From the NCBI GenBank assembly GCA_963785415.1, contig CAWAVB010000001.1, forward strand, positions 1,187,922-1,251,921: 64,000 nt of DNA. Reading direction: 5' to 3'. Below the pieces are notes generated by a model. That model made no database searches and had not been told where the DNA came from. It worked only from the letters and a program-made list of their open reading frames with translations. The position numbers were made by a program, and so were the translations under genes. This document shows, one piece after another, positions 52,501 to 60,366 of the stretch. Every line of letters begins with the position of its first letter. Position 1 is the first letter of the stretch. This DNA comes from an uncultured Acidimicrobiaceae bacterium. Its GTDB lineage: Bacteria > Actinomycetota > Acidimicrobiia > Acidimicrobiales > Bog-793.

Positions 52501-52807
52501 ACGAACAGCCTTCGCGCAGATTGGCGAAGGCCACGGCGTTCTCACCCAGGCGCAGCTCGCGCGCGATGCGCTCGAACGTCGGGCCCTGGACGCGCCGCGA
52601 GCAAGCGCCGATCACGATGTGGTCGAGTCCCCGCGACTGCACGGCCCGCTCGATGCGCCGCCGTCCCTCGGTGCCACACATGAACTGGCTGACCGACACG
52701 TTCACGACACCGGGCAGGGCGCGACCACCGGCGGCGAGGGACCTGAGGTCCAGGACGTCGGAGATGTTGCCCCCGCACTCGCAGAGGAAGACGCCGCAGC
52801 GCGTCAG
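49505..52807 (-). CDS. Giant HdrA-like flavoprotein with an inserted GltD/NfnB-like NAD(P)H-binding FAD/FeS module (HdrL-like)
   Basis: The HdrA N-terminal domain (GVFLCECGGNISDVLDL...IVIGACSRR...FANLREGCSFVH) is followed by VVVGGGIGGMSAAEELA. The insert carries NPFPSVCGRVCGHECETAC, VAVVGAGPAGLTAARELA and VVVVGSGDAAFDAA. HdrA then resumes (FMLQCVGSRD...CSAICC) and ends with two C-terminal CxxCxxCxxxCP motifs. Start assigned to the CTG at 52807 (see findings). Confidence 0.8.
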   Translation of the reverse strand: MTRCGVFLCECGGNISDVLDLRSLAAGGRALPGVVNVSVSQFMCGTEGRRRIERAVQSRGLDHIVIGACSRRVQGPTFERIARELRLGENAVAFANLREGCSFVHRDEPAKAQQKAETILAAAVARATQQSDLTRTRTFLHRSAVVVGGGIGGMSAAEELADAGIEVHIVEREQSLGGYMARLSKTFPTEDCAMCSLAPRLANAATDSRIHVHTLSEVTSVVGPPGELRVRVLHRPSYVSERCVACGRCTSACPVELESAFDFGMAKRKAIGRPFANAVPAGFAIDYRGWAPCVAVCPVHTAAQGVAALVAQGRTADAYELASRENPFPSVCGRVCGHECETACTRGRVDEPVAIAAVGRFVADRVTAAPPVVAPPAVYEEKVAVVGAGPAGLTAARELARFGYHVTVFEAQPEAGGELRRLVPEFRLPRELLDQEVGRVLAHGVEFRAGERCGADFTVDSLVSSGYQAVLLAVGRQRAATSTLPGSDRPGVVSAAELLGARATGEPVAIGRRVVVVGSGDAAFDAARSCLRLGAQTVTVACAEDRPALAAQPELVTEAVDEGVELACGLVPVEISEDGAAGALRFLARAGEEPREIAVDSVVLADGSEIDEGFLVGATGVRVAGRQVVTDRATLLTERPGVFAAGRAAVPGLSTPVEAIADGRRAARAIHNFLRGEEWAEVWQPGRPTAEVADADLPSGRPQRRRPMPMAAPEERRGTWGEVRLGLSEDDAVAEARRCVACGGCCDCRSCETVCPAHAIDFDQEPWEEELTVGAMVIATGHREFDARRKPPLGFGRYANVITQSQLARLVSASGPTGGELRRPSDGETPKRIFMLQCVGSRDQTSRGNTHCSAICCLFATVHASLIRQDHPECEVTIGYTDLRAPGKAHEEYYRLVATRGVRYVRTRVGELIEEPDQRLRVRFEDTVTGRKTEELFDLVVLSAGLEGSDGTAQIARVAGLQQDAAGFLKEYHPKLRPVDTQRAGVFVAGTAQGPKNIPDTIAQAKAAAARVMSMLSSGFLMTPAEVAWSDPEVCIGCGVCENVCPQGAVHLVDGVPAHAVVESESCRGCGICVAECPSGAMTLGGFSDAEILAEVTARA

Positions 52808-53751
52808 TCGCTCCTTCCCTCTTGGGCCGGCACGCTCGAGCGTTTCCGGGCGCCGATGCGTTCGAGCAGCGGCTCGAGGTTCTGGGAGTGGGCCTCGACG
52901 CCGCAGACCGTGTCCGGGTCGGCTCCGAGGGCGAGCGCCACGAGCTGCTGCACGTGGAGGTGGACGAAGGGATACTCCTCGCCGGAGGACGCCGAGATGG
53001 CGTCGTGGTAGCGGTCGAACTGGACCGAGCAGTTCGGGCACATGTGGACGAGCACGTCGATCTTCTCGGCCGCCAGTCGCCGCAGCTTCTCCCGGGTGAC
53101 GGCGAGCGAGCGCGAGGGGTTGACGAAGATCTGACGGAATCCGGCGCCGCAGTGCGTCGTCTTTTCGGGGTAGTTCCCGGTCTTCTCGACGCCCATCGGT
53201 TCGAGCAGGTCCTCGGGAAGCATGAAGTTCTCGCTGTCCCCGAGCACCTCGTCAGGGAAGACCTTGCAGTAGTGGCACGCCGGGTGGGTCGCGACCTTGA
53301 GGCCCGACAGCCGCCGACGGATGAGGTCGGGGATCTGTCGGTGCCGGCTCCAGAGGATCTCGAGGGTGTGGCGGTGCTGGATCGTGCCGGCGATGCGGTC
53401 GTCGTAGCGGCGGCCGATCTTCGCGAGCGTCTCGTTCGCCTGCCGCCGGTACTCGGGGACGTTCAGCACGTCGCGGCACTTCTTGTTGATCGCGTAGCAC
53501 GTCGAGCACAGGTACGACTGGACCGGGTGGTCTGCCTCCACCGCCACGCAGGCGTTGCGCGCCGCGACGGCGAGGGTCGTCTGGAACGGCATGAGGTCGG
53601 AGTAGTAGCCGAGCCCGGTGCAGCAGGTCTGGTCCGTGTTGACCGTGTACTCCACGTCGAGCCGCTCGAAGAGCCACTTCGTCGCCGCCTCGACCCCCGG
53701 GTACTCGGAGGACACGAGGCAGCTCCGGAAGAGCTGTACCCCGCCTTTGAT
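52804..53751 (-). CDS. HdrB-like subunit with two CCG domains
   Basis: LFRSC-X31-CCTGLG...CSTC, and ACHYC...THCGAGFR...MCPNC. The first canonical start (GTG 53715) lies after the first conserved Cys, so the 5' end is placed at the in-frame ATC 53751. This is uncertain. Confidence 0.75.
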   Translation of the reverse strand: MKGGVQLFRSCLVSSEYPGVEAATKWLFERLDVEYTVNTDQTCCTGLGYYSDLMPFQTTLAVAARNACVAVEADHPVQSYLCSTCYAINKKCRDVLNVPEYRRQANETLAKIGRRYDDRIAGTIQHRHTLEILWSRHRQIPDLIRRRLSGLKVATHPACHYCKVFPDEVLGDSENFMLPEDLLEPMGVEKTGNYPEKTTHCGAGFRQIFVNPSRSLAVTREKLRRLAAEKIDVLVHMCPNCSVQFDRYHDAISASSGEEYPFVHLHVQQLVALALGADPDTVCGVEAHSQNLEPLLERIGARKRSSVPAQEGRSD

Positions 53752-53787
53752 GGGGTCGATGTCTGGCGTCGTCTGGGGGATGTCTCT

Positions 53788-53816
53788 TACTTAATCAAAT
53801 CTATGGAGCTTGTCAA
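53788..53816 (-). promoter_or_regulatory. Candidate promoter for the hdr-type operon: TTGACA -17 nt- TAAGTA
   Basis: A perfect TTGACA (53816-53811, minus strand) sits in a locally AT-rich patch (cttacttaatcaaatctatggagcttgtcaagttaatgg). The -10 match is weak. Confidence 0.3.
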
Positions 53817-54186
53817 GTTAATGGAGGTGGGGACGGTCCCCGTTTCGGAATATCCCCTCCCGAGCAGGGCCTGGGCGTGGCGGACTACGGCGCGGTCGTC
53901 TCCGGGAGCCTCCGTAAACGCCTCGCCCGCGCCGCCAGGGTCGTCCGAGGAGCCCGGCGACCGGGATCGGCCACCTCGGGGACGTTTTCGTCGACCGCCG
54001 GCGGAATCCCGCCCTGGCACCGGCGTGCCGTCTCCGGCGCGTCACGGGCGGCTGACGCGATCACGCGCCGGCGGTCATTTCACGGTTCGGCTATTCGGAT
54101 TTCCGCACCACTGTGTTTCCCGCTCCGCGCGCGCTCGCATCTCGAATCGGGCGAATCCCCTATTTTGCTTGGATCCCCGGGCCAAT

Positions 54187-54200
54187 TTTCTCGTGAGAAA
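54187..54200. promoter_or_regulatory. Short palindrome TTTCTC-gt-GAGAAA in the hdr / GH94 divergent intergenic region
   Basis: Read directly. Short, in an AT-richer patch about 160 nt upstream of the GH94 start; a candidate operator only. Confidence 0.2.
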
Positions 54201-54358
54201 GATCACACCCCGCCGATACCCGCGATCCGTGCTCTCGGCAGAGGCGATGAAACCCGGTGCGGTAAAGGGGCCACGATATCGTTCGGTCCGGTACGACATA
54301 CCCGTCGCAGGACGCGGAAACCGGTTTCGGGGCGATCCCAGCGGACAAAGGAGACGCC

Positions 54359-56824
54359 GTGCACTACGGATACTTCGACGACGAGCGCCGGGAGTACGTC
54401 ATCACCCGGCCCGACACGCCGCTGCCGTGGATCAACTACCTCGGCACCGAGGAGTACTTCGCCTTCGTGTCGAACACGGGGGGCGGCTGTTCTTTCTACC
54501 GCGACGCCCGCCTGCGCCGACTTATCCGCTACCGCTTCAACAACGTGCCCCCCGACTTCGGGGGCCGCTACATCTACGTGCGCGACGACGCCGACGGCGA
54601 CTACTGGTCGCCGTCGTGGCAGCCCATCAAGAGCCAGCTCGACGCGTACGAGTGCCGCCACGGGATGTCGTACACGTCGATCTCGTCGGTCCACAACGAC
54701 ATCCGCGCCGAGACCCTCTACTTCGTCCCCCTCGGCGAGAACCTCGAGGTCTGGCGCCTCCGGGTGACGAACAACCGCAAGCGGCCCGCCAAGCTCTCGC
54801 TCTTCTCGTCGGTCGAGTTCTGTCTCTGGGACGCGATGGACGACATGACCAACTTCCAGCGCAACTTCTCCGTCGGCGAGGTCGAGGTCGTCGACGGTGT
54901 CATTTACCACAAGAGCGAGTACCGCGAGCGGCGCAACCACTTCGCCTACTTCGCCTGCTCCGAACCGCTCGCCGGATTCGACACCCAGCGGGAGATCTTC
55001 CTCGGCGCCAACCGGGGCTGGGACACGCCGGCGGCCGTCGAGCGCGGGAGCTCCTTCGACTCGGTCGCCCACGGCTGGTCGCCGATCGGCTCGCACCACG
55101 TCCGGCTGACGTTGGCGCCCGGAGAGACGCGCGAGGTCGTCTTCCTCCTCGGGTACGCGGAAAACCCGCCGGACGCCAAGTTCGACCCGCCCGGATCCCA
55201 GACGATCGACAAGCGGCGCGTCCTGCCGACGATTGAACGCTGGTTGAAGCCGGCAACGGTCGAGGACGGGCTGGCGGCGCTGCGCCGCTCCTGGGACGCG
55301 CTCCTCTCGGTCCTCCACGTCGAGACCCCTGACGAGGACACGAACCGGATGGTGAACATCTGGAACCCCTACCAGTGCATGGTGACTTTCAACCTCAGCC
55401 GGTCGATGTCCGGCTACGAGTCGGGAATCGGCCGCGGCATGGGTTTCCGCGACTCGAGCCAGGACCTCTTCGGCTGCACGAGCGAGGTCCCCGAGCGCGC
55501 CCGCGAGCGCATCCTCGACCTCGCGGCGACCCAGCTCGCGACCGGCGGCGCCTACCACCAGTACCAGCCACTCACGAAGCGGGGCAACGACGCCGTCGGC
55601 TCCGGGTTCAACGACGACCCGCTCTGGTTGGTCCTTGCCGTGGCGGCCTACCTGAAAGAGACCGGGGACACCGCGATCCTCGACGAGCCCGTGCCCTACG
55701 ACCTCGTCGCGGGGACCGAGACACCGCTCTACGAGCACCTCCAGCGCTCCGTCCGCTACACGCTCGAACGGCTCGGACCCCACGGCCTGCCGCTCATCGG
55801 TCACGCCGACTGGAATGACTGCCTCAACCTCAACTGCTTCTCGGACACCCCGGGCGAGTCCTTCCAGACGACGGGAAACCGCGAGGGTGGCGTCGCCGAG
55901 TCCGTGTTCATCGCCGGGCAGTTCGTCCTCGCGGCCCGCGAGCTCGCCGCGGTCGCCGCGGGGCGGGGGTTGGCCGACGAGGCCGCCGGATACGAGTCCG
56001 AGGCGACCCGGATGGCCGCCGCGGTCGAGGAGCACGGCTGGGACGGCAACTGGTACCTGCGGGCCTACGACTACTCCGGCAACCCCGTCGGTTCGCACCA
56101 ATCCGACGAGGGCCAGATCTTCCTGGAGTCACAGGGAATCTGCGCCATGGCTGGCATCGGATCGGCGAACGCCCGGCCCGCCGCCGCCCTCACGAGTGTG
56201 CGGGAACGGCTCGCCACCGAGCACGGCATCATGCTCGTCCATCCCCCCTACACGAAGTACCACCTCGAGATCGGGGAGATCTCCTCGTACCCACCGGGTT
56301 ACAAGGAGAACGGCAGTGTCTTCTGCCACGCCAACACGTGGGTCATGATCGCCGAGGCAAAGATCGGCGACGGCGACGCGGCGTTCGACTACTACCGACG
56401 GACCAATCCCTCGGCACGGGCACCGATCAGCGATGTCCACCGCTGCGAGCCGTACGTCTACGCCCAGATGATCGCCGGCCGCGATGCGCCGACCTTCGGC
56501 GAGGCGAAGAACTCGTGGCTCACGGGATCGGCGTCCTGGCACCTGACGGCAATCACGCAGTGGATCCTCGGTGTGCGCCCCGAGCTCGACGGGCTGCGCA
56601 TCGACCCGGTGCTGCCGGCGTCGTGGGGCGGTTTCTCGGCCCGCCGCCGTTGGCGCGGCGCGACCTACGAGATCACCGTCCACAAAGAACCCGGGGTCAC
56701 GGGACGCGTCCGGGGGCTCGCCGTCGACGGAACCCGTCTGGAAGGGAATCTCGTCACGCCGGCCGACCCCGGGTCGTCCGTCGTGGTCGAGGCGACCGTG
56801 GAGGCTGCGGACCCGGCGAGCTAG
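54359..56824 (+). CDS. GH94 cellobiose / cellodextrin (or chitobiose) phosphorylase
   Basis: GTG start after AAAGGAG. The N-terminus HYGYFDDERREYVITRPDTPLPWINYLGTEEYFAFVSNTGGGCSFYRDARLRRLIRYRFNNVP is highly characteristic of GH94. 821 aa. Confidence 0.9.
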   Translation: MHYGYFDDERREYVITRPDTPLPWINYLGTEEYFAFVSNTGGGCSFYRDARLRRLIRYRFNNVPPDFGGRYIYVRDDADGDYWSPSWQPIKSQLDAYECRHGMSYTSISSVHNDIRAETLYFVPLGENLEVWRLRVTNNRKRPAKLSLFSSVEFCLWDAMDDMTNFQRNFSVGEVEVVDGVIYHKSEYRERRNHFAYFACSEPLAGFDTQREIFLGANRGWDTPAAVERGSSFDSVAHGWSPIGSHHVRLTLAPGETREVVFLLGYAENPPDAKFDPPGSQTIDKRRVLPTIERWLKPATVEDGLAALRRSWDALLSVLHVETPDEDTNRMVNIWNPYQCMVTFNLSRSMSGYESGIGRGMGFRDSSQDLFGCTSEVPERARERILDLAATQLATGGAYHQYQPLTKRGNDAVGSGFNDDPLWLVLAVAAYLKETGDTAILDEPVPYDLVAGTETPLYEHLQRSVRYTLERLGPHGLPLIGHADWNDCLNLNCFSDTPGESFQTTGNREGGVAESVFIAGQFVLAARELAAVAAGRGLADEAAGYESEATRMAAAVEEHGWDGNWYLRAYDYSGNPVGSHQSDEGQIFLESQGICAMAGIGSANARPAAALTSVRERLATEHGIMLVHPPYTKYHLEIGEISSYPPGYKENGSVFCHANTWVMIAEAKIGDGDAAFDYYRRTNPSARAPISDVHRCEPYVYAQMIAGRDAPTFGEAKNSWLTGSASWHLTAITQWILGVRPELDGLRIDPVLPASWGGFSARRRWRGATYEITVHKEPGVTGRVRGLAVDGTRLEGNLVTPADPGSSVVVEATVEAADPAS

Positions 56825-56867
56825 CCCGCGCCCTCGAACCCCCGGCCGGGAGTCCCCGGGGGCCGCC

Positions 56868-58289
56868 TCAGTCCTGGTCGCCGGGCGGGATCTCGACCGC
56901 GTTCGCGGCGATGACGTCGCGCAGCCAGTAGGCGCTCGCCTTCGGGATCCGTGCCTGGGTCCCGTAGTCGACGAAGACGATCCCGAACCGCTGCGAGTAG
57001 CCGTCGGCCCACTCGAAGTTGTCGAGCAGTGACCATACGACGTGGCCCCGCACGTCGACGCCCTGGGCGATGGCGGCGTGCACTGCCGCGAAATGGCTCG
57101 TCAGGTAGTCCACACGCTCGGGGTCCATCACCGCGCCGTCGGGGTCGACATAGTCCGGATACGCCGCGCCGTTCTCCGTGATGTAGATCGGCACGCTTCC
57201 GTAGTCGGCGCGCAGCCGCAGCAGAAGATCGGTGAGTCCCTCGGGATCGATCGTCCACCCCTTCGTCGTCACGGGCCGGTCCCCGTGGGCGATCTCGGCC
57301 GCCCCGAGCCACCGCGCCAACAAGAGGTTCGCCGGCGATCCGGACAGAGCACCGGGCGAATCCGCGCGCGGGGCGGCGGCCACCCGACGGCTCTTGTAGT
57401 AGTTGACGCCGAGGAAGTCGACGCCGGTCCGGATGACGTCGAAGTCCCCGTCGTGCAGTAACCCGTCCCCGCCGATCCCCAGGCAGTCTCCGAGGACGTC
57501 ATCGGGGTAGCTGCCTTTCAGGACCGGATCGAGGAACCAGCGGTTGAGCTGGGCGTCGACCCGCCGGGCCGCGGCGACGTCCTCGGGACGGGTCGTCGCG
57601 GGGTACACCGACTCGCAGTTCAGCGTGATCCCGATCTCGGACGGCCCGGCGACTGCCTCGGCGAGGGCCCGCGACGCGAGCCCGTGCCCGACGAGCAGAT
57701 GGTGCGCCGCCCGCACCGCCGCGCCAACATCATGGATCCCCGGGGCGTGGATGCCGGCGGCGTAGCCGGTGAACGCGGCCACCCACGGTTCGTTCACTGT
57801 CGTCCACCGCCTCACTCGGTCGCCGAGCGCGGCACCGACGATTCCGGCGAACTCCGCGAAGCGGCTCGCGGTGTCCCGGCTCGTCCAACCGCCCTTGTCC
57901 TCGAGCGCCTGGGGCAGATCCCAGTGGTAGAGCGTCACGAACGGCTCGATGCCCTGCGATACCAGCAGGTCGACGACTCGCCGGTAGTAGTCGAGGCCCG
58001 CCTCGTTCGCCTGGCCGCTGCCGTCAGGTTGTACCCGCGGCCAGGAGATCGAGAAGCGATAGGCGGGAATCCCGAGCGACACCATCAGCTCGACATCGCT
58101 CGCGATCCGGTGGTACTGGTCACACGCGACGTCGCCGTTGTCGCCGTGGTGGACCGCCCCCGGCCGGTGGCTGAAGGTGTCCCAGATCGACGGCCCCTTG
58201 CCGTCGGCGCGGGGAGCGCCTTCGACCTGATACGAGGCGGTCCCCACTCCCCACAGGAAACCGGGCGGGAACTCGAGGCGCCGGCTCAC
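56868..58289 (-). CDS. GH1 beta-glucosidase
   Basis: FLWGVGTASYQVEGA, TVNEPW (acid/base Glu), and YITENGAAY (nucleophile Glu). Confidence 0.95.
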   Translation of the reverse strand: MSRRLEFPPGFLWGVGTASYQVEGAPRADGKGPSIWDTFSHRPGAVHHGDNGDVACDQYHRIASDVELMVSLGIPAYRFSISWPRVQPDGSGQANEAGLDYYRRVVDLLVSQGIEPFVTLYHWDLPQALEDKGGWTSRDTASRFAEFAGIVGAALGDRVRRWTTVNEPWVAAFTGYAAGIHAPGIHDVGAAVRAAHHLLVGHGLASRALAEAVAGPSEIGITLNCESVYPATTRPEDVAAARRVDAQLNRWFLDPVLKGSYPDDVLGDCLGIGGDGLLHDGDFDVIRTGVDFLGVNYYKSRRVAAAPRADSPGALSGSPANLLLARWLGAAEIAHGDRPVTTKGWTIDPEGLTDLLLRLRADYGSVPIYITENGAAYPDYVDPDGAVMDPERVDYLTSHFAAVHAAIAQGVDVRGHVVWSLLDNFEWADGYSQRFGIVFVDYGTQARIPKASAYWLRDVIAANAVEIPPGDQD

Positions 58290-58539
58290 CGCGGCCCGCG
58301 CCCGGCCGTCGCGGGATGGACGCGCCGCCTCGTCGCGCCGCCTCGTTGCTCCGTCATCGACGTGCCACCGTAGTCGCCGACTTGGGGGCTAAGCCCGAAA
58401 CGGCACAACGACGGCGACCCTCATGCGGCCCCATCCCGCCTCCCGGACCGACGATCCCCGAGGAGGCGCCGGCCCTCTCACCTTCCTCGAACGCGCGGGA
58501 ACGCAACTCCGACACCCCTCGTACGCGAACGCGAAACCG

Positions 58540-58596
58540 CCGGTGACCCAGGCCCGACCCCGTGTCCTCCACGGAGCCGGAAGCCTGGGCCACCGG
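58540..58596 (-). other. Long imperfect hairpin (14-bp stem with one mismatch, 29-nt loop) between the SBP gene and the GH1 gene
   Basis: ccggtgacccaggc ... gcctgggccaccgg read directly. It lies 30-90 nt downstream of the SBP stop on the minus strand. Confidence 0.4.
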
Positions 58597-58626
58597 CGTA
58601 TTTCAGAAACTGAGTTGACTAACCGA

Positions 58627-60366
58627 CTATGAAGCCGCCGTCAGGTGAAGGACGATGACTTCGTTGGTCGGCGTGTTCGGGCTGCCGGACTCGTACGCGT
58701 TGGTCGAGGTCGGCCAACCTGAGAAGGCTCCCGTGTTGTACTCGTCAAACGATGCTCCGTAGAGGATCGGGATGACGGGCAGGTTCGCTGCCACGTACTG
58801 CTCGATGGGCAGGAGGTCCGCCTTCTGCGCCTTGACAGTCGTCGCACCCGCCAACGTGGTGAGGTCGGTCTGCATCGCAGCATTGCGCGAACGCTCGAAG
58901 TCGCCACCACCGGTGCCGATGAGCTTGGAGTTCAGCCAGTTGTTGTAGACCTGGTAGGCCGAGATGCTCGAGGCGCCCCAGTGGATGTCCAGCTGGAAGT
59001 GGCCAACTTGCATCGCCTGTCCCCAAGCCTGCGGGGTCTGGCCGATGAAGGTTGCGTTGAAGCCCGCAGCCCTCAGTTCATCCGCCGCCAGCGCACAGTC
59101 GGAGGCGTAGTCGGTGTAAGCCGAGGGGTCTCCGAGGTTCAGCGACAGTTCCTTGCCCTTCAGGTTGAAGTAGCCGTTCTGGCCCATCTTCCATCCGGCC
59201 TTCACAAGGACAGCCTTCGCAGCCTTGATGCTGGCGTTGTCATTGAAGTTCCCAATCTTGCTGGAAACGAGCGATGAGAAGCCGGGCTCGGTGAGACCGC
59301 TCATGCTGGTCGCCGGTGGCTCGAAGCCAGACTCTCCGACAAAGCTCAGCGTGTTGCGGTTGACCGCCAGGCTGATGGCTTCACGCACCGCCAGCATGTT
59401 GGTCGGGAAGACGGTCAGGTTCGGCCACATGGTCACGGTGTTCACCGGAGCGAACCAAACCGCGTGACCCGTGCCCTTGAGGAAGGTGCTGCTCAGGCCG
59501 GTGATGAAGTTTCCAGCCCAGTCGAGCGTGTTGTTGTCAAGGAGCGAGAGCACGCTGGTGTTCGAACCGATCTGCGGGAACTGGACCTCGGTTGGTCCGG
59601 ACGTGAAGGTGCCGACCGGGTCCGGGGCCGCGGCCGTGGCCGGAGTGACCCAAGGAGCCTTGGTCGTCCACTGCGGGCCGCCCCAGTAGTTGGGGTTCTG
59701 GACCAGGGTGATGGTCCCGCTCGAGTACCCAGCCTGCAGCTCGTACGGGCCGGTGCCGGCGATGGCGCCGGCGTCAGCGTAGGTCGCCGGAGAAGATCCA
59801 GCGGCGGTCCAGAAGGCCGGTCCGACGATCGGCACGGTGCCGATGTTCTGCAGGTTCGTGTACTGGGCCGACGAGAAGTTCACCGTCACGACGTTGCCGG
59901 CGGACGTCGCCGACGTGATCGCAACTCCACCGCCGTTGATGGCGGCGTTCGCGCCGACTTCGCTGTAGCACTTCGCCACGTCAGCTGCGGTCAATGTCGA
60001 GCCGTCGCTGTACTTAATGCCCGGGCGAATTGCGAACATGATCGACGTGCCGCCGCTGCCCCACTTGTACGTCGACGCAATGAAGCCGTACGGCGGGACT
60101 GTCGGCTGGGCGATGTCGAACTGCAACACCGACTCGTAAATCAGCGAGGTGGCCCCAACCTGGGTCTCACTGGAGCTGATGTACGGGTTGAAGTTCGCCG
60201 TCAGCGCCGATTCTGGGCTTGACTCCATGACCAGTGTGCTGCCCGTTGCCCCCGACGTTGTCGCCGAGGCGAAGATGCCCGCGAGCATCCCCCCGCCAAG
60301 GCCGGCGACCATGAGGGTCGACGCAGCTACCCGCCGAAGCTTCTTATCAGTAAACCATCGTGTCAT
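58627..60366 (-). CDS. ABC transporter substrate-binding protein, family 5 (Opp/Dpp-type), probably oligosaccharide-binding
   Basis: 579 aa with an N-terminal signal/anchor (LRRVAASTLMVAGLGGGMLAGIFASA) and no lipobox Cys. SBP_bac_5-like length and pattern. GC is visibly lower than in neighbouring genes. Confidence 0.8.
   Translation of the reverse strand: MTRWFTDKKLRRVAASTLMVAGLGGGMLAGIFASATTSGATGSTLVMESSPESALTANFNPYISSSETQVGATSLIYESVLQFDIAQPTVPPYGFIASTYKWGSGGTSIMFAIRPGIKYSDGSTLTAADVAKCYSEVGANAAINGGGVAITSATSAGNVVTVNFSSAQYTNLQNIGTVPIVGPAFWTAAGSSPATYADAGAIAGTGPYELQAGYSSGTITLVQNPNYWGGPQWTTKAPWVTPATAAAPDPVGTFTSGPTEVQFPQIGSNTSVLSLLDNNTLDWAGNFITGLSSTFLKGTGHAVWFAPVNTVTMWPNLTVFPTNMLAVREAISLAVNRNTLSFVGESGFEPPATSMSGLTEPGFSSLVSSKIGNFNDNASIKAAKAVLVKAGWKMGQNGYFNLKGKELSLNLGDPSAYTDYASDCALAADELRAAGFNATFIGQTPQAWGQAMQVGHFQLDIHWGASSISAYQVYNNWLNSKLIGTGGGDFERSRNAAMQTDLTTLAGATTVKAQKADLLPIEQYVAANLPVIPILYGASFDEYNTGAFSGWPTSTNAYESGSPNTPTNEVIVLHLTAAS

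Noticed and set aside
53010-53040. GAAC...GTTC-containing sequence (tcgaactggaccgagcagttcggg) as a second SOS box
   Set aside because: The half-site spacing is 11 nt, not 4. It is not palindromic beyond GAAC/GTTC and lies inside the hdrB coding sequence.
53877-54767. 296-aa plus-strand ORF spanning the intergenic region and the GH94 5' end
   Set aside because: Ser/Arg/Thr-rich, out of frame with the strongly supported GH94 N-terminus, and shows no coding-type GC3 in the intergenic part.
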